Of a DNA stretch of 64,000 bases, positions 56,417 to 64,000 are shown in pieces; positions within the stretch are counted from its first letter, which is position 1; the number at the start of each line of letters is the position of its first letter. Source of the DNA: Candidatus Methanophagaceae archaeon (lineage in GTDB: Archaea > Halobacteriota > Syntropharchaeia > Alkanophagales > Methanospirareceae); contig PQXC01000001.1 in assembly GCA_003194435.1 (NCBI GenBank), positions 70,991-134,990 on the forward strand. The letters are read 5' to 3'. Both the position numbers and the translations under genes were made by a program. The notes below the pieces were generated by a model. That model saw only the letters and a program-made list of their open reading frames with translations, made no database searches and was not told the DNA's origin.

Positions 56417-58714
56417 ATGAGAAAACGATTTGGTAGGGATATGGATAAGGATACGATACAGACGACTCTGGATGGTATGGCATTGCGGTTCCCGAAGGTG
56501 AGAACCAGCGATGGGCATATCCTGGATTGGGATAGGGAGGCGATAGTGAATCAGCTTTTACGAGAGACGAAACTGAGTGAGGATTTTTATGGGTGCCCCG
56601 GGATAACAGAGGAGGAGGCGCGTGATATAGCGAAGAAGGCGGAATTGAAGATAAAAACGATGGGTATAACACAGCTATCGGGTCCTCTCGTGCGCGAGAT
56701 AGTGAACCAGATCTTACTGGAGGATTACAAAAAGCTGGAATGGCGGAATGTATGCACTCGTGTGGGCACGCCGGTCTATGATGCGCACCTCATAGATATA
56801 GGAGAGGGATTTGAAGCAAATGAGAATGCGAATCTACAGGATAATGCGGAGACCTCGCATAAGAAGAAAGCGGACAAGATATGCAAGGAGCAATATCTGT
56901 TGCTACTGCCGCCGAAGTTGGCGGATGCGCATCTGAGCGGGGACTTACATATACACGACCTTGAGTATTTTGGTACACGCGGGTTCTGTCAGGACTGGGA
57001 TTTACGCTACTTCTTCTATTACGGGCTGATGCCCGATGGGTCGGGTACGAAGGCGTCAGTAGCGGGACCGGCGAAGAAGCCTGAAGTTGCTATCCTTCAT
57101 GCTGTCAAGATACTTGGTTCTGCACAGACGAATTTCGCAGGTGGGCAGGGGTTCTTCAATTTCCTCGTATTTATTGCGCCCTATCTTGAAGGGCTGTCAT
57201 ACGAGGAGATAGAGCAGCTCATGCAGATGTTTGTATATGAGATGACGCAGATGCAGGTGGCACGTGGCGGGCAACTGGTCTTCAGTTCCGTCCAGCTCAC
57301 ACCCGGCGTGCCGAAGATATGGCGTGATAAGCCGGTGGTTTATAAAGGCGCGGTCTGGAATGGAGAGCAGGCGCCACTGAGGACATACGGCGAATTTGAG
57401 CGTGAGGTGCGTCTGGCGTTCAAAGCGCTCATGAATGTCATGCTTAAGGGCGATTACTGGGGTAAACCTTTCAACTTCCCGAAGCCGGAGGTGGCAATAG
57501 AGCCTCAATTCCTGGAGGAGGATGAGGAGTTCAATAAGAACCATCCAGAATTGCCCACCTGGGGTGAGCTCTATGACCTCGCATTTAGACTGGCGGCTGA
57601 GTATGGCACGCCCTACTTCGATAATAAGATACCGGAGTATAGGGGTGCAGGCGAGGGTGTTTCATGCTATCAGTGCTGTGCATATTCGTTCAAGACATCA
57701 CCGGATGATGAAGGGTTCAATGATAAGATGTATTTCCGAAATGGCAAGCATTTCTCGATGGGCGGTTGGCAGGTAGTAACAATAAACTGTCCGAGAGCGG
57801 CATATCGTGCAGAAGGGGATGATGATAAGCTATTTGAGGAGTTAAAGAAACAGATTGACCTCTCAATAGAGATATTCAGAGTGAAGAAGCAATGGATGGA
57901 TAAGATAGTGAGAGCAGGGCGAATGCCTTTCGCCACACAGCGCCCAAAAGACCCTTATACGGGTGAGAAGGGCGATGTCGCTGTCTATTTAGACGAACTT
58001 GTGTATATCGTGGGAGTGGTGGGGATAAATGAGATGGTGCAATACCACTACGGGAAGCAGATGCACGAAGATAGAGGTGCTTTACGGCTCGCAGTTCGTG
58101 CAATGACGGAGATGGAACTGTATGTGAAAGAATTAACAGAAAGAGAAGGTTTTGAGATCAGCTTCTCACGCACACCCGCGGAGACAGTGGCACAGCGATT
58201 CGCAGTTGCCGATCTGCTGAATGAAGAGTTCAGGGAGAAGGCGATGACGGTAGTGAAGGGCGACCTGCCACGGGCTTTAGAGCTGATGGGCAAGACGAGG
58301 GATTTACCGATTTATTACACTAACGGGACTCATGTGCCTCCAAATGCCGATATCTCGCTCGCCAAGCGAATAAGCATTGAGCATATCTTCTTCCCCATCG
58401 TTGATGGTGGTGACATCATGCACATATTCCTCGGCGAGGGGTATCCCGACTGGCGGGGTATAAAGAGTCTGGCAATGAAGATAGCAACGAAGACGCAAAC
58501 GGGCTATTTCGCATTCACGAAAGATATGACCGTATGCATGGATTGCTCGCATGTGACGATGGGTTTGAAGGAAGAGTGTGAGAACTGCCATTCCCGTAAT
58601 CTGGATTATATATCGAGGATAACGGGCTATCTGCAATCGGTGAGTGGATGGAATGCGGGTAAGAAGCAGGAGTTGCTGGACCGTATGCGATACGGAGCGG
58701 ATGAGGTCAGGTAA
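56417..58714 (+). CDS. nrdD: Anaerobic ribonucleoside-triphosphate reductase (class III, glycyl-radical).
   Basis: N-terminal ATP-cone-like region. C-terminal Zn ribbon 'CMDCSHV...CENCHS'. Glycyl-radical motif 'SRITGYLQ'. 765 aa. Confidence 0.85.
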   Translation: MRKRFGRDMDKDTIQTTLDGMALRFPKVRTSDGHILDWDREAIVNQLLRETKLSEDFYGCPGITEEEARDIAKKAELKIKTMGITQLSGPLVREIVNQILLEDYKKLEWRNVCTRVGTPVYDAHLIDIGEGFEANENANLQDNAETSHKKKADKICKEQYLLLLPPKLADAHLSGDLHIHDLEYFGTRGFCQDWDLRYFFYYGLMPDGSGTKASVAGPAKKPEVAILHAVKILGSAQTNFAGGQGFFNFLVFIAPYLEGLSYEEIEQLMQMFVYEMTQMQVARGGQLVFSSVQLTPGVPKIWRDKPVVYKGAVWNGEQAPLRTYGEFEREVRLAFKALMNVMLKGDYWGKPFNFPKPEVAIEPQFLEEDEEFNKNHPELPTWGELYDLAFRLAAEYGTPYFDNKIPEYRGAGEGVSCYQCCAYSFKTSPDDEGFNDKMYFRNGKHFSMGGWQVVTINCPRAAYRAEGDDDKLFEELKKQIDLSIEIFRVKKQWMDKIVRAGRMPFATQRPKDPYTGEKGDVAVYLDELVYIVGVVGINEMVQYHYGKQMHEDRGALRLAVRAMTEMELYVKELTEREGFEISFSRTPAETVAQRFAVADLLNEEFREKAMTVVKGDLPRALELMGKTRDLPIYYTNGTHVPPNADISLAKRISIEHIFFPIVDGGDIMHIFLGEGYPDWRGIKSLAMKIATKTQTGYFAFTKDMTVCMDCSHVTMGLKEECENCHSRNLDYISRITGYLQSVSGWNAGKKQELLDRMRYGADEVR

Positions 58715-58846
58715 GGCAATCAGGAATCCTCATAGCCTACTATAACAGGGAGAGGGTGCCGCAGAGGGGCGTGGAGAAGTGGAATTTTACGACAGGTTGT
58801 TTTCGGTGTTGCAGTTTGCAGTGCTGCTTGCGCTTTCTTTCGTATG

Positions 58847-61800
58847 CTACATGAACTCATCCAGTGCCTTCTGCTTATCAGCAGTAGGGAAGAGCAACTC
58901 AACGTCTCGCTTCAGCAGTTCCAATCGCTGTCTCGTGTATTTACTCAGGTGATACTCATCAGCTATGCGCAGTGATTCCGATAGATATTTCTTTATTCCC
59001 GCAGCGTGCACCGTAGGCAGTAATTTCCCGCCGCATCGGCTGCACCTGCCCGTAAGTGGCACTCTCCGGTATTTCGCATTGCAGCGACTGCACCGCACCC
59101 TCTGAGTGCCGAACGCGCGGAGATTGCCCTTTATATCGCGCAGAAAATGGTTCTTTATCACCGTCTCCGCAACTTCACGTGCATCCACCGCTCTTATAAG
59201 TCTTGCCAGCCTCAATTGTGCATCTACCTTATCCATCATCGTACCCAGCGTCTTGTAGAGCGAGTTCAAAGGACCTGCTGCAATCTCCGTTGTATCATGC
59301 GTGTAGCCGAACCCGTAAACATCGCCCGGGTGGTCTATTCGCGTGGCTGCCGTCTCTACTGCGACCTCTTTTGGATGCTTACCCAACTCGGCGGCGAGAT
59401 AGAAGTCCAGAGGGTATTCCCACATGATAGAGAGGTTATGTGCCTCTTTATCCACCTCCTTCGGGTTTATTACCGGTATGAGAACTAAAGGTGCATCCAT
59501 TCTGCCCCCGATCTTATCGGGCAAGAAAGATAGCGAGAAGTTCAGTAGCGCATCCAGCAGCAGAATTATTGAGTCCTCATCGCCGTCACAGTTGCCGGTC
59601 AGCACAGAGCCATTTGCCAAAAAATTGTGATGCCCTTCTACTTCTATATCGTATAAGAACCCAAATTCCGACTTAACCGGTTCTATCTCCTTTATTTCGT
59701 CAAGAACAGCATCGCCGAACGAAGAGATACGAGGTGCTTTCTCTTTTGCCAATACTGCTCTCAATGCTTCGTTCTTTCTTTTCTCTACGAAACCGATTGC
59801 CTCACCAAATTTTCGCGCATATCGCGAACTTATAAAGAGATAATGAAGGTCAAAGACCGGTAATTCCTCTCCACTTTTACCTTTACCCTTTCGCTCGTAG
59901 AATCGTCTGGCAACACCTCCGGCAGCTTTTGTCTCTCTTTTCAAGCGGCAGAATATACCAAATCGGAGCAACTGCAATCCGATGTCCCGCAGTAGCTTCT
60001 CGCTCACTGAGCAACAGGAGACCACAAGTCTGTTTCTTTCCACAGAGCCATCACCTGAGAAATAGGCACTCAGCAACCACTTCATCTTATCGCGAGGAAT
60101 ATTCCACAGTAACGGTGGAATTCGCTTATCTTTTGCTCCTTTGCCCGTACCCAGAACATCCACAAATAGATGGTATATCAATCGGTTTGATATGACGAGC
60201 ACTCCCTCTCCCTCTTTTATGCTCGGTGAAAAACCAAAAACATCTTTGACGCAGTTCACCATGTCATCTAAGAGCTTCTTTTCCCGCGATGAGATGCTGA
60301 CCTGATAGAATTCCTTTTCAGTGCTTCTTGCATAGCCTTCTGCGAGATAATAGCCAATAAGCCGCATGAAAGGCTCGTCAAGCCTGATCATTCGCGGAAT
60401 TGCCGTATTACCTCTTTTAACACCGAGCTGGCATTCACGCGGGATTGCAGTCCAATCGCGGTGCGACCGCTTGAGTAACGAATGCAAAATAGGTAGCGGG
60501 ATGCTATCACGATAAACATAATTTGAAAATGTCTTTTTCCTGATTCCCATCTGCTCGGCAGCGCGTTTGAGCCCTCCCAGGTCTTTTATTAGCTCTTCTA
60601 CTACTGCTCGCACTCCTCTTACCATCACGTCCCGATAAAGGTCATCAAAGTGCAAAAATTCTTTCAGAAGGTCTATTTCTGCTCTCTCCTCTTCTTTAAG
60701 CTCGAGCTTTTCCGGCACTAATAGCATATCTTTATCATCCAGTTCCAGAACTTTTTTGTACTGGATTTTACCGTTTGCGTTTGCGTTTGTGTTTGCGTTG
60801 GACCATACCGTAGTTCGGTGCTCGGGTGACGCGACGAATTCTCTGCCCGACCTGGTTCTCACACGCACGAGATGTGCCGGTGCAGGTGTTTTAATCACTG
60901 ATTTGATCTCCTTCAGTTCAAACTGCCCATTCTCTGGATTCAATGCATACGTCTTAATTCCTTCAATTGTTCTTCGTGTTGTACCAAAATCATCAACAAC
61001 CTCTTCATGTGCGTTTTCGCCATTACTATTATACAGCGACTCCAGGTCTATACTTTTTAATCCCCCGGCAGAGTCCGTGACCAGAACTTCGGTATTTGGC
61101 GTCAAACAGTTCCTTCGCTTCGCTGCATGGAAGAAAGGATGTGCATAACAGGCAGAGGCACGCGTGAATCCTATTATCCTGCCCAGTATTCCTGCGGAGG
61201 TGTGTGGTGCCAGTCCAAGCACAAACTGCCCGATCAGGTCCTCCTTAGTTCTTACATTGTAATAGCGTGGTATTTGATAGAACTTCTCCAGCAGCTCGTC
61301 CAGGAACTTCGTAACACGGATGAGATAAGGAACGGCATTAGCAGAGATGATGATATCCTGTTGCTTCAACTCCACTATCTGCGTATCGCTTCTCAGCTCC
61401 TCACCGTTTATATCATGCAAATAGCCAAGCTCTCGTGCTCGTTCAACGCTTAATCCTATCTCACGGAGCTTGAAATGCGTTAATGGTAAATTAGTGAAGT
61501 CGTATCTTATCGTGCCATCTTTATAGACAAAGACGTCATGTTTCGCCCTTAATATGCCCTTAGCAAGATGTTCAGGCACTTTGTTGCCCGAGATGAGTCC
61601 CGTTACACATTTAACATCATGCTTCGTCAATTCGTGCTCATCACCGAGCCTCTTTATTGCATCATGATAGAACTGGTAGAGGTCTATACTCATACTCCGC
61701 CTGTTATTGTTACTGCTCCTGCTGTTGCTTCTGCTACTCCCCCCATGGGTCTTGAGATTGGAGGAGCCACATTTATCGCATCTGGAATAGCAAGATAGTA

Positions 61801-63664
61801 ATACGTTCCCGCAGTCCATGCATCTCTTCACTCCCACCTCTACATCTATCACCTTTGACTTCAACGCTTCCTTTAGTGACCTGTTCTTACCGCCTGCCGC
61901 GCCTACCGGGAAGATTGCATGTGGTGCGGGAGTCATCATTCTTTCTCGCGATTTCTCCGGTCTACCCATTCGCATACCGATTCTCGTAGGTGCTTTTGGC
62001 TTATGCTTCAATCGCACGGATTCGTCCTTCTTCAATCCCCTTCCAATGCCCAGACCGCGAAGAAAAGCATCAGGCTCCTCTATTACTATATAGCGGTAGC
62101 GGGCATTTCTGTCTCTGTGGAAGGGAATAAGCAGGTCTTCCAGAATCGGTATCACTCTGCCGTTCTCATCCTCGGGTATGAGCAGTTTACCATCCCGCAA
62201 CGCACCGCTCTTACATACCCAGTCGGATAGGAATTCCCTGTCTTCGCCACTTATATCCTCCCACAGGTATGTATATGCGGGATGCAACGGCAGGTCGTAA
62301 CGTAACGAGAGCGCAATTGCTTCTTCCTGTGTGGGTATCTTCGAGCGCCATTTAGACGCTTCATCCTTGGATTTCAACTCCAATTCCCGCAGCCAGTATT
62401 CGTGTGCATACGCTCCGGGCTTTAATAATTGCCCGGTCTCCAAAAAGTCACCATAATCTATTAGCACCTCGCCCAGGTCAACAATTTCTAATATTTCATC
62501 GGCATCAACATCGTCATGGCTTTCAAGCTTGCGGAGGTCGCCATTCCTCAGTTTCACCACCGGTCCCTCAATGGAATCCACGGGCACAATACATGCAGCT
62601 TTGCCTGGTAGCTCGGGCTTTACCTGCGTGCCGGGGGCGATGAATCCGAGCAGCGACATCGTAGCCGGGTGCATTCCAATAGCGGCGAAGCCTGAGTTCC
62701 TCGCACGTCCATAGCGAAGCCGAAAGGAGCCCTTATTCGCTGGACGCCCAAACACCGGTCTACCAGCAATCAAATCGTCCAGAAACGCTTTCTTCCTGGT
62801 CTCGCGCTTGCTCTTTATCAGTTTATCCAGCCATTCCCAGCCATCAATGCCGAGCTTCTCCACATATCGCTTTAGCTTCGGCGCCTTCATCGCTATACCC
62901 TCCGTGAGTACAAGTACCATACCCCCTCTTATCCTGTTCGTCGCCACCCTCTCAAGGTCTTTATAGGCATCCACCTCCTTATCCTCCGTCGGGTCACCAT
63001 CTATGCATATCGGGCAGTTTCTCACTATCTCCCTTATCTCATCATCCGACGGTGTATATTGCAACCCGCTTATGCGCGCATAGGCTGATACTTCCAGCAC
63101 ATAGCGCCATATCTCCTCATCCCGCGGTGAATACGCTGCGAATCCCATCCGTTTCCTTATATAGTCAGCAGCCAGCACGGAGAGTGCCTGCGCGGTGCCG
63201 CCAGCACTTCTTATCGGACCCGAATAGAATATCTTTATGTATTCTGTGGAGTCATCGTTCCTCCCGACCTCTATACGTGATATCCCATCCAGTGGTGCTG
63301 CGACCACACCTTCCGTGAGAACAGCCACTGAGGTCCTGACCGCTTTCTCAATGACCTCTTGGCGCTTGTAATTCCCGAACTTAGCGGTAGCGAAATCGAG
63401 TGCGATCTTTAATGCCACCTCCTCTCTGCCATAGCCCTCGTGCTCCAGTTCCCTTATGCGCGCACCCACACCTTTTATCCCTATCAATGCCTCCACTCGC
63501 TCTGCAAGGTCACTCGTCACCTTTATTTCGGGCTGCAGAGCAGGATCAAGACCCTTACTCCTCGCTCGCTTCGCTATCTCAAGTTCGTTCGCTAAGCCCT
63601 TCTTCAGTAGCCCATGATACTGGTTCTGGTTCTTGTTCCGGTTCTTCAAATGCTCTGCCATCAT
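58847..63664 (-). CDS. DNA polymerase II (PolD) large subunit DP2, interrupted by an in-frame intein.
   Basis: Exteins match the DP2 pattern ('...GRIIGFTRASACYAHPFFHAAKRRN | CDGDEDSIILLLDALLNFS...', Zn-finger 'CSRCNAKY...CSRCGGKL' at the C-terminal end). 1605 aa total, 1099 aa without the intein. Confidence 0.9.
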   Translation of the reverse strand: MMAEHLKNRNKNQNQYHGLLKKGLANELEIAKRARSKGLDPALQPEIKVTSDLAERVEALIGIKGVGARIRELEHEGYGREEVALKIALDFATAKFGNYKRQEVIEKAVRTSVAVLTEGVVAAPLDGISRIEVGRNDDSTEYIKIFYSGPIRSAGGTAQALSVLAADYIRKRMGFAAYSPRDEEIWRYVLEVSAYARISGLQYTPSDDEIREIVRNCPICIDGDPTEDKEVDAYKDLERVATNRIRGGMVLVLTEGIAMKAPKLKRYVEKLGIDGWEWLDKLIKSKRETRKKAFLDDLIAGRPVFGRPANKGSFRLRYGRARNSGFAAIGMHPATMSLLGFIAPGTQVKPELPGKAACIVPVDSIEGPVVKLRNGDLRKLESHDDVDADEILEIVDLGEVLIDYGDFLETGQLLKPGAYAHEYWLRELELKSKDEASKWRSKIPTQEEAIALSLRYDLPLHPAYTYLWEDISGEDREFLSDWVCKSGALRDGKLLIPEDENGRVIPILEDLLIPFHRDRNARYRYIVIEEPDAFLRGLGIGRGLKKDESVRLKHKPKAPTRIGMRMGRPEKSRERMMTPAPHAIFPVGAAGGKNRSLKEALKSKVIDVEVGVKRCMDCGNVLLSCYSRCDKCGSSNLKTHGGSSRSNSRSSNNNRRSMSIDLYQFYHDAIKRLGDEHELTKHDVKCVTGLISGNKVPEHLAKGILRAKHDVFVYKDGTIRYDFTNLPLTHFKLREIGLSVERARELGYLHDINGEELRSDTQIVELKQQDIIISANAVPYLIRVTKFLDELLEKFYQIPRYYNVRTKEDLIGQFVLGLAPHTSAGILGRIIGFTRASACYAHPFFHAAKRRNCLTPNTEVLVTDSAGGLKSIDLESLYNSNGENAHEEVVDDFGTTRRTIEGIKTYALNPENGQFELKEIKSVIKTPAPAHLVRVRTRSGREFVASPEHRTTVWSNANTNANANGKIQYKKVLELDDKDMLLVPEKLELKEEERAEIDLLKEFLHFDDLYRDVMVRGVRAVVEELIKDLGGLKRAAEQMGIRKKTFSNYVYRDSIPLPILHSLLKRSHRDWTAIPRECQLGVKRGNTAIPRMIRLDEPFMRLIGYYLAEGYARSTEKEFYQVSISSREKKLLDDMVNCVKDVFGFSPSIKEGEGVLVISNRLIYHLFVDVLGTGKGAKDKRIPPLLWNIPRDKMKWLLSAYFSGDGSVERNRLVVSCCSVSEKLLRDIGLQLLRFGIFCRLKRETKAAGGVARRFYERKGKGKSGEELPVFDLHYLFISSRYARKFGEAIGFVEKRKNEALRAVLAKEKAPRISSFGDAVLDEIKEIEPVKSEFGFLYDIEVEGHHNFLANGSVLTGNCDGDEDSIILLLDALLNFSLSFLPDKIGGRMDAPLVLIPVINPKEVDKEAHNLSIMWEYPLDFYLAAELGKHPKEVAVETAATRIDHPGDVYGFGYTHDTTEIAAGPLNSLYKTLGTMMDKVDAQLRLARLIRAVDAREVAETVIKNHFLRDIKGNLRAFGTQRVRCSRCNAKYRRVPLTGRCSRCGGKLLPTVHAAGIKKYLSESLRIADEYHLSKYTRQRLELLKRDVELLFPTADKQKALDEFM
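59591..61108 (-). mobile_element. Intein (~506 aa) with a double-motif LAGLIDADG homing-endonuclease domain inserted in DP2.
   Basis: Begins 'CLTPNTEVLV' (Cys1) immediately after extein 'AAKRRN'. Ends '...GSVLTGN' followed by extein Cys+1 ('CDGDED'). LAGLIDADG blocks 'LIGYYLAEGYA' and 'LLSAYFSGDGSV'. C-terminal splicing block 'YDIEVEGHHNFLANGSVLTGN'. Confidence 0.8.
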
Positions 63665-63819
63665 TAATCAATCATTACTGATTATATTCGATTATATTCA
63701 TAAGGGTATAGGGGTAAGGTAAGGAAAAGGAAGAAAAAGTTCGTTTTTATTTTTTCAATTTTTAGATTTAGAGATAGTTCTATTTTTTATATGCAATAAG
63801 ATATCAGTAGATAGTATAA

Positions 63820-64000
63820 TGGATAACAGAGAGATAGAGATATTGGCTATTGTAGTAGCATCTGCTATATTACTGAGCCAGAGTCTTCCCCTCGTTGCCG
63901 CTGTTGGGCTAAAAGATAGGACGCATGTGCATGTAATAGTGATATTTAAGGACAAACCTGACTCACAATTGATACAGAGATATCAGGGTGGGGTAAACTA
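63820..64000 (+). CDS. Partial, 3'-truncated by the window end: N-terminus of a secreted protein, possibly a subtilisin-like protease propeptide (inhibitor I9-like).
   Basis: 'MDNREIEILAIVVASAILLSQSLPLVAAVG' signal-like, then 'HVHVIVIFKDKPD', which resembles the S8 pro-domain start. Divergent from DP2 across an AT-rich 155-nt spacer. Confidence 0.3.

Overview
This window reads as an archaeal chromosomal segment, probably a methanogen or Methanosarcinales-like euryarchaeon. The supporting genes are PolD DP2 with an intein, a group II chaperonin, an archaeal-type signal peptidase, PolX, a DHPS-like gene with a DUF4346 tail typical of methanopterin biosynthesis, and CooC. GC content is roughly 45-50%. 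I call about 50 genes. Housekeeping genes (hisG, pgi, xseA, nrdD with a glutaredoxin, rtcA, HDAC, endonuclease III, MscS, acetyl-CoA synthetase (ADP-forming), PPAT, cimA/leuA) alternate with accessory or cell-surface loci. The four observations I rank highest are these. First, a single ORF fuses an N-terminal Ku domain to an ATP-dependent (LigD-type) DNA ligase, sitting in an apparent end-repair cluster with RtcA and an HDAC-family amidohydrolase. Second, a surface-protein locus (beta-helix protein, hypothetical, FN3-PKD protein) shares a ~130-aa C-terminal domain unusually dense in N-glycosylation sequons. A second, degenerate, inverted copy of that locus (28.2-29.9 kb) keeps only the C-terminal fragments and has a vapBC toxin-antitoxin pair where the middle gene would be. 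It lies directly beside an orphan zinc-hook Rad50/SbcC-like ATPase with no Mre11/SbcD partner. Third, the DP2 gene carries a ~506-aa LAGLIDADG intein. Fourth, there is a divergent thermosome paralog with an altered nucleotide-binding loop and a basic C-terminal tail. Other notes: a tandem pair of DUF1670 paralogs next to a frameshift-decayed ABC permease, a DUF2284-CooC-MobB cluster with a YkgJ-type gene nearby, a 776-aa nucleotidyltransferase/type-I PMI fusion, a short GC-rich islet encoding a Trp-rich small membrane protein, and long in-frame tandem nucleotide repeats inside the beta-helix gene. I saw no CRISPR array, rRNA or convincing tRNA. All calls rest on motif-level reading of the ORF translations. 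No database search was run.
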